A DNA stretch of 46,019 bases from a virus (lineage: Duplodnaviria > Caudoviricetes): the IMG/VR virus record IMGVR_UViG_3300049298_000011, positions 1 to 46,019 of that record. One strand, given 5' to 3'. Below are positions 16,925-26,416 of the stretch, piece after piece; positions within the stretch are counted from its first letter, which is position 1; every line of letters starts with the position of its first letter. The notes beneath the pieces are model-generated. The model was not told where the DNA came from, searched no databases, and worked only from the letters and a program-made list of their open reading frames with translations. The position numbers were made by a program, and so were the translations under genes.

Positions 16925-17270
16925 GTGCGCAAATCTTGGCTGCGCCAGAAGTTCGAGAACAGCTTCTGGCTTCTGCTGTTCGGACTGTCTATCTGGTGGG
17001 CACAGTGCTTCATGCAACTCGGAGGAGTTCCCGGAGATAGGCCCGAGCGCCGCATACCTTACGAGCCCCACGAAAGAGATAGACCTGCTCAACCGCTTGA
17101 CCCGAGCGGTCGCTTTGTCAGCAACACTACAGGCAGAGTTCCAAACGCTCCGTAACATCTCACTGAGCCTTGGTATCAGCTGGGGTGGTCCACTAGAGTC
17201 TTTACTCGCTCACATGGAGATTGATCTCAAATACCTCGGTGCTGAGATCAAAGAGATGACAGGAATCTAA
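16917..17270 (+). CDS. Cys-rich N-terminus hypothetical protein
   Basis: CANLGC...FCCSDC...HSASC; TAATG coupling to the next gene. Confidence 0.55.
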   Translation: MSRCANLGCARSSRTASGFCCSDCLSGGHSASCNSEEFPEIGPSAAYLTSPTKEIDLLNRLTRAVALSATLQAEFQTLRNISLSLGISWGGPLESLLAHMEIDLKYLGAEIKEMTGI

Positions 17271-18505
17271 TGGCAGCTTCGACCACCAGAAAACTGGGGA
17301 ACTGGCTCGAAGAGTACAGAAACTTTACGAGCGGAACAGAGTCTCCAGCGGCGTTTCATCTCTGGGTGGCACTCGGCACAATCAGTGCGGCACTCCAGCG
17401 GAAGGTCAGCATGGATGCAGGCTACTATGATGTCCATAGTAACATGTATATCATTCTGACTTCACCGCCAGGAAAGTCGCGGAAATCTACAGCCCTTCGC
17501 ATTGGCAAGAGTCTGTTGAGGGGACTCAAGGATTACGGACAGGACATTCACTTCTCGACTCAGGCATCATCAGTTGCGGCGCTGGTCAAGCAGCTAACCG
17601 CAATACCCAACAAGGATCACCAGAGTCTGACAGCATTCTCGTCAGAGCTTGGATCGTTACTCGGTAGTAAGTCTATCGAGATGACAGACTTTCTCGTAGA
17701 CATCTACGACTGTGATCCTGATTGGGATAAGCAGACGATGCAGCGCGGCTTGGAGAAGATTGAATTTCCTTGGCTCACGTTGCTAGCTGCTACGACTCCG
17801 CAGTGGCTCGGTGATAACCTGAGCAAGACCGCAGTTGAGGGTGGGTTCGTAGCTCGATCAGTGTTCGTGTATGAGGAGACAAGACTGCTCGTAGCATTTC
17901 CTGAGCTCAACGAAGAACAGAAGAAGCTCAAGAAACTTCTCATTCACGATCTAGCTATCATCAGTGCGCTGAAGGGAAGAATGAAGTTCAGTCCAGAGGC
18001 TAAGGAGTTCTATAAGAACTGGTATGAAGATCCGAAGCGCATGGCTGGTTCTGGAAAGGACTATCGAATCTCAGGATACTTCGAGCGCAAGCATATTCAT
18101 GTGCTGAAGGTAGCAATGGCTATCAGCGTGGCAGCGCGGAACGAACTGGTACTCGACGTAGATTCAATCAAGGCAGCTATCATGCTGCTCAACTCAATCG
18201 AGCCCGGTATGAGGAAGGCGTTCAGTGCTGTGGGTAAGAATCCCCATGCTACAGTCATCGAACGAATCAGAGATCAGGTGGTAGATGCTGGTAAGATCAC
18301 CTACAAGAGACTCCTCGCAGCTAACGTAGCCGATGTCAGCAAGGATGACTTCGACAAGATTCTCAGCACGCTGGTCGATATGGGAGACATCATCTACGAG
18401 GGTAAGTCAGTGATCGACGCGAGAGCCACAGAAGTTGAACTGGATCTCAAGACAAATCCGGAGGGAGAAGTGAAGGACACATCCCTAATTACCCAGAGTA
18501 ATTAG
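17270..18505 (+). CDS. DUF3987/YfjI-like P-loop ATPase (putative replicative helicase)
   Basis: ESPAAFHLW, NMYIILTSPPGKSRKSTA, SSELG, DIYD, LLAATTP, GGFVAR. Confidence 0.8.
   Translation: MAASTTRKLGNWLEEYRNFTSGTESPAAFHLWVALGTISAALQRKVSMDAGYYDVHSNMYIILTSPPGKSRKSTALRIGKSLLRGLKDYGQDIHFSTQASSVAALVKQLTAIPNKDHQSLTAFSSELGSLLGSKSIEMTDFLVDIYDCDPDWDKQTMQRGLEKIEFPWLTLLAATTPQWLGDNLSKTAVEGGFVARSVFVYEETRLLVAFPELNEEQKKLKKLLIHDLAIISALKGRMKFSPEAKEFYKNWYEDPKRMAGSGKDYRISGYFERKHIHVLKVAMAISVAARNELVLDVDSIKAAIMLLNSIEPGMRKAFSAVGKNPHATVIERIRDQVVDAGKITYKRLLAANVADVSKDDFDKILSTLVDMGDIIYEGKSVIDARATEVELDLKTNPEGEVKDTSLITQSN
18485..18505. promoter_or_regulatory. Palindromic site copy 4
   Basis: CTAATTAC CCAGA GTAATTAG c ATG; includes the ATPase stop codon. 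Confidence 0.9.
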
Positions 18506-18506
18506 C

Positions 18507-19094
18507 ATGGCTAAAGAACTGCCAGTTGTGTACAACGTACCTGACGATCTGAAGGAGAAGATCAGGCTTCAGCTTGGATACCTCATCAAGATCTGTCCAG
18601 GCTGGGTAAACAAGCTGTTCGTATACTTCGATTCCAGCCCAAGCGAGGACAGCAAGCATACGATGGCTGAGATGCATGCTGACTATCGCTACCGTAGGGT
18701 CTATCTCACGATCTATCCTAAGTGGTTCTGGGAGGATGATCAGTCTCGGCGAGAGACTGTAGTGCATGAAGCCTGTCATGTACTCACGGCGCCGATTGCT
18801 AACATGATCGAGGAAGCTGTAAAGGCTCTCTGCGCTGGCGATAAGAGAATGGAGACTTTCTTTCGCGAGCAGTGGGCTATAGCTAACGAAGCGACGACCG
18901 AGGATATGACTCGGGCATTTATCGAGTGTGGGAGTTGGGGACCAGTAGACATCGAGACGTTGGATCTACCAGAAGAAGTCGAAGCTGGGACCAAGCGTCA
19001 AACCGAAAGCATCAAGCCAATGAGGGAATCCAATGGAACAGAACGCAATGCGGGAGATGAATCTGGTAGACAAGCTCCAACGGACAGCGTTTGA
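18507..19094 (+). CDS. HEXXH zincin-like metallopeptidase
   Basis: ETVVHEACHVL plus downstream NEATTE. Confidence 0.65.
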   Translation: MAKELPVVYNVPDDLKEKIRLQLGYLIKICPGWVNKLFVYFDSSPSEDSKHTMAEMHADYRYRRVYLTIYPKWFWEDDQSRRETVVHEACHVLTAPIANMIEEAVKALCAGDKRMETFFREQWAIANEATTEDMTRAFIECGSWGPVDIETLDLPEEVEAGTKRQTESIKPMRESNGTERNAGDESGRQAPTDSV

Positions 19095-19458
19095 GGAAGC
19101 CAAGAAGAAAGGCTGGGACGAGCCACTTTCAGAAGCCAAGTCGTTTGGAGACTGGGTGGCACTGATGCACTCGGAGCTCTCGGAAGCGTACGAAGACTAC
19201 CGTAATGATCGTAAGCTCAATGAGATCTACTACGAGTATGATGGTCAGGTAGTAGAGGGTAGTAATATAGAATGGTTCAAAGCTAAGTATCCAGACATCG
19301 AGCTCAAGCCCTGTGGTATCCCGATCGAGATGGCTGATGAAGTAATCAGGATTCTTCACTTGGCTGAGTTTGCTGGCTTCAATCTGTACAACATGATCGA
19401 GATGAAGATGCGCTACAATACGCTACGATCGTACAGACATGGTGGGAAGAAAACCTGA
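19033..19458 (+). CDS. MazG-like nucleotide pyrophosphohydrolase
   Basis: ALMHSELSEAYEDYR...GIPIEMADEVIRI...KMRYN..R..RHGGK. Confidence 0.88.
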   Translation: MEQNAMREMNLVDKLQRTAFEEAKKKGWDEPLSEAKSFGDWVALMHSELSEAYEDYRNDRKLNEIYYEYDGQVVEGSNIEWFKAKYPDIELKPCGIPIEMADEVIRILHLAEFAGFNLYNMIEMKMRYNTLRSYRHGGKKT

Positions 19459-19465
19459 GAGAGGA

Positions 19466-19496
19466 AGGGGGAGCCAATCATCGGCTCCCCCTCTTT
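19466..19496. terminator. Intrinsic terminator between the convergent genome arms (probably bidirectional)
   Basis: AGGGGGAGCC-N7-GGCTCCCCCT followed by CTTT. Confidence 0.8.
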
Positions 19497-19497
19497 G

Positions 19498-22400
19498 CTA
19501 GAATGCACCAGCACCAGCTGGACCTCTGAGCTTTGTCCTGATCCACTGTTCCATCAGGTTCACAGCCGCAGAATCTGCTGGTCCTGTATCCTCAGGTGGC
19601 CTGAAGGGCTGGCCACGTACTCGCTGAAGTGCCTCAGCAAAGGCTTGAGCGAATGGCTCGCCCTGATCAGTATTCGAGTACGGCGCCTGATCATGCAGTC
19701 TTGTGATGATAGCTCGCAGCATCGGATCAGGCTCACCGAGCGGAAGCGCAGCAGACTTTAGTGGCTCATTAGTATAATACAGTCTATGTGCGAACTCGTG
19801 AGCTAGAGTAAAGTCTGTTGGAATCGGCTCAGCTTGCTGATTAGGGTTGATTGTAACAGTGTCCGCATGAATCCCTCGACTTGGTGCAATCGGGCTGTAG
19901 GTACCATATGTGCCTGCACCCAAGTCTCTGTTGACTACAGCCGCTGGTGAGCCTCCGACAAGATAATTCAGGGTATCACGATAGCTACTGAATAGCTGCT
20001 CCTTCGCTGCTTGCTGTGGCTGCGGCTGCTGTTGACCCACGATTGCATCAGCAAAGATTCCAGCATTAGCTCGCCAAGGAGCGTTAGGGTCCATTGCTCG
20101 CCGGCCCATTGCATCCATAGCCTGTGCAATATCTGGCTGTAGACTATGCTCACCAGTTATGACAGTTCGTGCAGTTCCCTCGATCGGATTCTCCCCTCGG
20201 GCCATCGTACTGATGTTGTTGATAGTCCTGAAGGTTGAGGTGTATGGGAATTGAGATGCAAGTACATCCTGAAATACTCCACCGACTGAAGTACGACCAA
20301 GGTTCTCCAGCGCAGTACGCTGGCTTGGTGTTACTGGGGCATCGAATGCTGTAGCAATGGCTCCAGTTACTGCTTGTACACCACTATACAACTGTGTAGC
20401 TGCTGGTCCACCAGCGAACGTCAAGCTCTGATGCCACGCCCACTTGCCGAAGTTCCATCCAGTATAGGCGCTGGCCATTCCGAGAACTGCACTGATAGTT
20501 CCGTAACGAGCCAACATCGCCGCACGCTCAGATGCCGGGATTCCAGGTCCCGTCGCCATCTCTCTCATCATTGCGATATACTGCTGCGTGAATGTGCCGA
20601 ACTGCATAACGGCGCGACCAGCGAAGCCCGCCTTGCGGATTCCGATAGGATTCTCCTTCATCCCATAGCGGAACTGCGAGTTAGCTGCCTCATTAGCAAG
20701 GAGGTGTGCTGCACCCTCCATATCGCCGTTCGTTACCAGACGCTTGAACTCATCCTGAATCGGCTGTGGATAGGCCTGAGCCTTCGAGTCCTTCATCAGC
20801 TGAGCCATGATGTTGTCAGACTGATCAATCCACTGAACGCCCTCAGCCGGTGACAGCTCGCCCCTAACCAGCTTACCCATCCCGTACTGGTAGTCAGCCA
20901 ATGCATCAGCTGCTAGCTGATAGCCGGCATCGCCGCTGATCAGTCGGTTGACCTCACCGAGCTTGGTGTAGTAGTGCAGAGGATCAAGTCGGCTACCCTG
21001 CAAACCATGACGAAGACTCCGAGGAGTCATTGCCCAGACAGCATCACCTACCTTAGCCAGCATCTCACGAGTACGCTGCTCACCCTCGGTCAGCAGATTA
21101 GTACCCTGTGGCGTCTGGATACCAGCCTCGAATACGTCAGCATTTGCAACCTTTGCCTGACCCTTCTCGAGCCAGCCTCCCTTGAGTCCACGCTCGATCA
21201 TCGCCCGAGTCTCATCGCCACCGGCGAAGAATCGGCGGTATGCTGCAGCGATAGGCTTGAATCCGATTCTCACTCCACCGAGGAATGGCTGGATGCTGTC
21301 ACGGAAGATAGCATCAGGACGACCACCAAGCTGTGCTCGGTACATGTTACCGAAAGCAATGTTGCCGAGTGTAGCAACTTCGCCGTCAGTCACTGGTACA
21401 CCGAACTTGTTCAGGATATGACGAGTACCTTGGATCATGATATCGTAGCCAGGATTGTGCCCAGTCCGAACTACGTTCAGCCAGTCAGTTGCTACCTCAC
21501 GAAGCGTCTGAGGAACCCGAGGATCATTCCAAGCCTGTTGCATCTCTGCGTAGGCGGGTCCAACATGCTTCTTGAAGAATGCTGCGCGAATCATCTTAGC
21601 ACCGAGTACACGAGCATCCATCTGTCTGAATTGCATATTCCCTTCACGAGCCATTTCAGCGAAGAACTTCAGCTCACTTGGGAGAATATCATTCGTATCA
21701 GCGAATGGGTCCTGAATACCCGGCTGTCCCTGACGAGCCCGAACATGGCTCATGTAGGCATTGACGTAGCGCTGAGAGTTGATAGTGAACGAAGGGTCTT
21801 CCATGAGGAAGTTGAAGAACCTGTCGTTGAAATCACCCAATCTGCCCTGCGCTGCACGCTCACGATCAGTGTAGCCAGCCTTCTGCATGGCTGCTACCTT
21901 CTGATTCATGTCACCAATTTCCTGAATACGTGTAACAGTTCCTTCGCGGTGGAATCTACGACGGAAGTTACTCATGATGTCAGCATACTCCTGCTGCCAC
22001 GGTAGTGCTTCATTGTGTGCAACAGTTACTGCGTTCGTCACATTGTTGTAGTGACGCCACAGCGTACCCTCAGTAACGCCCAGATCCTTCAGCCCTTGCT
22101 CGACTTGCAGAGCAACGGATCTATAGGGTGTCATGAGATTCAGCCATGCACTATCGAACTGCTGAAGGAACTTCGCGAGGGTCCGAGGGTCTCTCGCTTG
22201 GAGCTCAGCCAACTGCCTCCCTAAACTGCGCGGCCCCGGGGGTAGTTCATTCTGGCTCCCTCCCGAGAGGAATGGCTCCCGCGGCGGAGGCGGGGCTCCT
22301 CCCGAACTGCCACCACCAACTACAACAGCGGACTGCAACGGCTCCCCCTCCAGCATTCTAGCAGTAACCCGAGTTACTCGTTCGGTTGCACGTTCGGTCA

Positions 22401-25400
22401 GATTCGTATGATGCTCAGCACCGCCTTCCATCACTGGCTCCAGCGCATCGCCAGGATTTGCAGCATGTGGGCTGATAGCAGCAACCTCAACTGGTACGTC
22501 GCCAATCGGGCTGTAGTCCGGCATCTCTCGATTGAATCCACGCAGGAACTCCATCGCAGATTCATCAGAGGTAACCGGAACCTTCAGATCGCCAAGCTGG
22601 TCAATCAGTGTACCGCCGCCGTCAGGATAGACCTGATACCTGAATCCCTTCGTCGCAGCAATATCCTCGACTGGAATGTGCTCGCGAGGATTGATGCTAC
22701 GCATGACGTTGAGCTCACGATTCGCAGCAGTATTCTCCGCAACCTCAGCAGGAGCAAGCGACTGGAAATCCCGAACTCTGCGCACGTTGAAGTATGACTC
22801 AATCGCAGCGCGACTGAGCTTCGAGCCACCAACTTCAGCATCGAGAAAGTCTCCCATCAGCCTCGGAAGCTGCGACGAGGTTTCATGTGAGAGCCACGAC
22901 GTGTCTACATTCGCACCCATTGGCAGCTTCGCCGATTCCGACTTCATGTACCGATCAACCAGCTGCTGGAAGCGACTGTACAGCCGATCACCAGATTCTG
23001 CCAGTCCCTCGATGTCGGTATTGCTGCTCCGTCCCGGCATGATCTGGTCATGAGGAACCAAATATGACTCCTCAGTGTAGGGATTGTATACCCTTGCCTG
23101 ACCATTACCGGCATTAGCCTTCATGACGATGGCATCCTTACCATTCGCCATAACTTGCTGCTGATCGAAGAAGCCATGCTCCTTGTACTGTGCAACGCGC
23201 TTGTTAGTAATCGGCAGTCCATCGCTGACGAGCATATCCATCTGACCATTGCGCTCAACGAAGCGGAACTGATGAGGCATGATCCGTCCCTCAACAGATG
23301 CTTGGGTCAGACCACGTACCACCTTCGAAGCATCACCCACTCCCTGAATGACATTGATCCGCTCAGGATTCTGGAACATCGCAGACTTCGCTACATCCGA
23401 GACGTCGATCTGCGTACCACCAGCCAGCTCAGGAAGCGTTGGGCCTTCCATCAGCGTAGCTTGCTTCGTCAGTGCGGCGGCCTCTGCAGCGGTCGTCTTG
23501 GGTAGATCAATCGCCCGCTCATTCCTCAGAGCTTGTGGGAACGGATACTGCGGCGTTTCCAACGTTGGCAAATTACCCTGTGTAATCTGCGGTTGATCAA
23601 ACAGATTGACTTGATTCTCGTCGTGAGCTGGCAGTTTGTCAGTTACCCGCTTGTTCGCTGTCATCTCGATGTCAGCTTCAGCGTAGTTCCGACCAGTGTA
23701 GGTCTTCAGCCATGTCTTGAGCTTGGCACCAGACTCGTGCGTAATCTCCTGATAGCTCAGTTCCTTGACACGCGCAGCATAAGCTTCGGCCTGTTCCGCA
23801 GGAACGATTGCCGCGAACTCGTCGCCGCCGTGACGGAAGATTCGCACAGGAATCTGCATCTCCTGCGCAGTCTGAACCATTGCACGAGCATGATTGATAA
23901 TAGCCTGATCACCAGCCTGATGGCTGATGTTGTCATTGATAGTCTTGATTCCCTTACCATCACTCAAGACGACTGTGAGACTCGGGTCAGCGTCAGCAGT
24001 GGCAACCGCCCTGTCGAACGCTGCGCGATTCCCCAGTCCAGTCATCTCATCGGTATGAGCACGCTGCTTCCAGATGTCAACCTCATTCGTCAGATCGTCG
24101 ATCCGGCGCATGGAAGCAGACAGCTGTGGAGACATCAGCTGCGGTTGACCTTCTGGCATGACAGCCGCAGCGGCAGCCTCATCAGGCCCCACTCCACCTC
24201 CCATACGAATACTAGAATCGACAGGCCCTTGCCCAGCCCCGCCCTGCACAAGAGCTTCCCCCGGCGGTAGTGCGCCGCTCGGCGGTTCTGTGGGGCCAGC
24301 GCCGTTTCCTTCCCCTGAGCCGAGTCTCCGACTCTGTGGAACCAGCTGTCCCGGCATCTGGTGATCAGCCTCGAAATACCATTCAGCATCAACAGTACCC
24401 GGAGGCTCAGGAGCGATAGGCTCATCGAACATAGCAGGTGCTGACTTACTCGGGAACGCGCCTCTGACTTTGTTCGCAAGAGCTGGCAGAGCAATGCCGA
24501 ACACTACACCACCGACTGCTCCAGCACCTACCTTCATTGCAGCTTCTTGATTTGACTGATCACCACCACCTTCCAGCATCCATGCCGAGGCAGCGCCCTG
24601 AATGGCAGCACGACCAATAGGACTCATGGCCAGTCTACCAACTGTCCCGAGCGTTCCGATGTACTCGGCCGTACCAGCGACAGCGCCTAGTCCGCCGACT
24701 GCTCCTGCTGCTCGCCATGCCGCCTCACCAGGAATGATGAAGCCCAGCACTCCACCGAGTCCGTGAGCAATACGATAGCCCTTTCGCTCACCCTCGCTCA
24801 TTCCAGCCTGCACACCCTCGTTCAGGTTGTTGAGCCACTGACTAGTGCGCTGCGTGATCTGGGCCTCAGCGATTGAGGAACCGATGAATGGGATATGCTG
24901 AACCATTCCGACCAAGCCCTGGGTAGCACCCAGACCAGCAGCGGCAGCAGCCGTCATGCCGACATCTACGAGAGGGTTCAAGCCTCTGTCAACGTCCTCT
25001 GACGATAGCCTCTTCTGTGCAACAATCTGACGCAGTACCTCAGGCGGCATCTTGTCAGCATTCGGGATGCCCCAGAACTGAGCAGCACCCATTAGCTGGT
25101 TGCGCTCCTCGAAGTTCTTGAATCCCTGCTGATGAAGCTGCTGATAGTCTGTCAGCGTACCATCAGCATTCTGTCCACTGATCTGATGCTGATTGGCTAC
25201 CTGATCAGCGAAGTTGAGCTCGGTGCCTGGAGGAGTAACATTTGCACTCCGAACAGTATTGGCGAGCCTCAACCTGTTACTGATGTCATCGACTAGCTGT
25301 GTACGACGCTTCAGCATGTTGTCCCACTCCGACCGAGCTACATCGGAGTCAACACCAAGCTGAGCATTGTAGTCAGGATACTGAAAAGCGGGTCCGGTCA

Positions 25401-25401
25401 T
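19498..25401 (-). CDS. Giant putative internal virion/ejection (polyvalent) protein with GGDEF domain and C-terminal HEXXH motif
   Basis: 1967 aa; last of three genes ending the virion operon (T7 gp16 / P22 gp16-like position); TDEMTGLGNR...D..K..ND...HQAGD...RHGGDEF; TLAHEFAH. Confidence 0.85.
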   Translation of the reverse strand: MTGPAFQYPDYNAQLGVDSDVARSEWDNMLKRRTQLVDDISNRLRLANTVRSANVTPPGTELNFADQVANQHQISGQNADGTLTDYQQLHQQGFKNFEERNQLMGAAQFWGIPNADKMPPEVLRQIVAQKRLSSEDVDRGLNPLVDVGMTAAAAAGLGATQGLVGMVQHIPFIGSSIAEAQITQRTSQWLNNLNEGVQAGMSEGERKGYRIAHGLGGVLGFIIPGEAAWRAAGAVGGLGAVAGTAEYIGTLGTVGRLAMSPIGRAAIQGAASAWMLEGGGDQSNQEAAMKVGAGAVGGVVFGIALPALANKVRGAFPSKSAPAMFDEPIAPEPPGTVDAEWYFEADHQMPGQLVPQSRRLGSGEGNGAGPTEPPSGALPPGEALVQGGAGQGPVDSSIRMGGGVGPDEAAAAAVMPEGQPQLMSPQLSASMRRIDDLTNEVDIWKQRAHTDEMTGLGNRAAFDRAVATADADPSLTVVLSDGKGIKTINDNISHQAGDQAIINHARAMVQTAQEMQIPVRIFRHGGDEFAAIVPAEQAEAYAARVKELSYQEITHESGAKLKTWLKTYTGRNYAEADIEMTANKRVTDKLPAHDENQVNLFDQPQITQGNLPTLETPQYPFPQALRNERAIDLPKTTAAEAAALTKQATLMEGPTLPELAGGTQIDVSDVAKSAMFQNPERINVIQGVGDASKVVRGLTQASVEGRIMPHQFRFVERNGQMDMLVSDGLPITNKRVAQYKEHGFFDQQQVMANGKDAIVMKANAGNGQARVYNPYTEESYLVPHDQIMPGRSSNTDIEGLAESGDRLYSRFQQLVDRYMKSESAKLPMGANVDTSWLSHETSSQLPRLMGDFLDAEVGGSKLSRAAIESYFNVRRVRDFQSLAPAEVAENTAANRELNVMRSINPREHIPVEDIAATKGFRYQVYPDGGGTLIDQLGDLKVPVTSDESAMEFLRGFNREMPDYSPIGDVPVEVAAISPHAANPGDALEPVMEGGAEHHTNLTERATERVTRVTARMLEGEPLQSAVVVGGGSSGGAPPPPREPFLSGGSQNELPPGPRSLGRQLAELQARDPRTLAKFLQQFDSAWLNLMTPYRSVALQVEQGLKDLGVTEGTLWRHYNNVTNAVTVAHNEALPWQQEYADIMSNFRRRFHREGTVTRIQEIGDMNQKVAAMQKAGYTDRERAAQGRLGDFNDRFFNFLMEDPSFTINSQRYVNAYMSHVRARQGQPGIQDPFADTNDILPSELKFFAEMAREGNMQFRQMDARVLGAKMIRAAFFKKHVGPAYAEMQQAWNDPRVPQTLREVATDWLNVVRTGHNPGYDIMIQGTRHILNKFGVPVTDGEVATLGNIAFGNMYRAQLGGRPDAIFRDSIQPFLGGVRIGFKPIAAAYRRFFAGGDETRAMIERGLKGGWLEKGQAKVANADVFEAGIQTPQGTNLLTEGEQRTREMLAKVGDAVWAMTPRSLRHGLQGSRLDPLHYYTKLGEVNRLISGDAGYQLAADALADYQYGMGKLVRGELSPAEGVQWIDQSDNIMAQLMKDSKAQAYPQPIQDEFKRLVTNGDMEGAAHLLANEAANSQFRYGMKENPIGIRKAGFAGRAVMQFGTFTQQYIAMMREMATGPGIPASERAAMLARYGTISAVLGMASAYTGWNFGKWAWHQSLTFAGGPAATQLYSGVQAVTGAIATAFDAPVTPSQRTALENLGRTSVGGVFQDVLASQFPYTSTFRTINNISTMARGENPIEGTARTVITGEHSLQPDIAQAMDAMGRRAMDPNAPWRANAGIFADAIVGQQQPQPQQAAKEQLFSSYRDTLNYLVGGSPAAVVNRDLGAGTYGTYSPIAPSRGIHADTVTINPNQQAEPIPTDFTLAHEFAHRLYYTNEPLKSAALPLGEPDPMLRAIITRLHDQAPYSNTDQGEPFAQAFAEALQRVRGQPFRPPEDTGPADSAAVNLMEQWIRTKLRGPAGAGAF

Positions 25402-26414
25402 CAGCGTCGCCCTGTTCCTGGGGGTACTACATTTACTGGCGTGGACGTTACTGGAGTCTTGAACTTCCTGTCGAAGAATCCGGGCTCAAGCAAGATGTCT
25501 GGGTTGTACTCCAGCTGTCCCTCGTTCGGAAGTCCGAGCGCGGTCAATGCTGCATTGAGCCCATTGAGCGTACCGATGTAACCGAGCAGTTCCTGCTTCG
25601 AGGGGTTAGCATTCTTCCTTGACTGGATCAGTCCCAGAACACCCTTCTTCGCTTCGAGCAGGTTCGTAACCTTCTGTGGATCGAGACCCTGTGCTGTTGC
25701 CTTCTTCATCGCAGCATCAACCTGCTCCTTGCTGATACCGAGCTCGACATCACGCTGAGCATTCCGAACCTCGTCACTGCGCACATTCGCACGAAGCTGA
25801 GCAAACCCAAGCTGATTGCCTGCATCCTGTGCAGCAGTCATCCTTGTACCGCCCTTGATACCACCCTGCTGCGCCAGTTCAGCAGCTGGCAAACCAGCCT
25901 GTGCCGTATCTACCGCACGCTCGCCAGGCGTCATACCAGTTGCTGTGCGACTTGCCAGCCCTTCTGCCAGCCCCGGAGTATTCGGGTTGGCTCCAGCGAA
26001 TACACTCGACAGAAAGCCAGATGCTGCTGCCTGACCTTGGTTCATGCCACTGGTAACACTACTCAGCGCTTCGCCAGCCGTCCGCTTGCTGGCATCGGTC
26101 GTACCTTCAGGCGTATGTCCTGCCTCGACCTGTCCACCGAGCGTGGCATAGTACGACTTGAGCGCATCCTCAGTCGGTGTCACATGATTGAGAATACCGA
26201 GCAGCTCATCTGTCGTACCTACGCCAAGCTGTGAGAAGCGATTGACCAGCTGAGTCAACTGCGTCGGATCAGCTGTGTTCCGAGCCAGATTCATGAAGGT
26301 ACTCACGCCCTGAATCGCCTGTCCCCTCGCTTGCTGCTGAATCTGCTCGGTCTGATTCTGAAGCTGCTTGAAGTTGACCAAGGTATTCAGCATATCTGTA
26401 AACTGACTCGGCAT
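25401..26414 (-). CDS. Putative internal virion/ejection protein
   Basis: A/G/Q-rich, Cys-free; position in operon. Confidence 0.65.
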   Translation of the reverse strand: MPSQFTDMLNTLVNFKQLQNQTEQIQQQARGQAIQGVSTFMNLARNTADPTQLTQLVNRFSQLGVGTTDELLGILNHVTPTEDALKSYYATLGGQVEAGHTPEGTTDASKRTAGEALSSVTSGMNQGQAAASGFLSSVFAGANPNTPGLAEGLASRTATGMTPGERAVDTAQAGLPAAELAQQGGIKGGTRMTAAQDAGNQLGFAQLRANVRSDEVRNAQRDVELGISKEQVDAAMKKATAQGLDPQKVTNLLEAKKGVLGLIQSRKNANPSKQELLGYIGTLNGLNAALTALGLPNEGQLEYNPDILLEPGFFDRKFKTPVTSTPVNVVPPGTGRR

Positions 26415-26416
26415 CG

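Noticed and set aside
8088-19458. Z-base or other hypermodified-base pathway suggested by MazG-like, DUF4406 and divergent PolA genes
   Set aside because: No PurZ, queuosine-pathway, thymidylate synthase-like or glycosyltransferase genes recognised; only two ordinary methyltransferases
20974-24270. Long + strand ORFs (343 aa, 245 aa and others) opposite the giant protein
   Set aside because: Antisense shadows with atypical composition, downstream of the terminator
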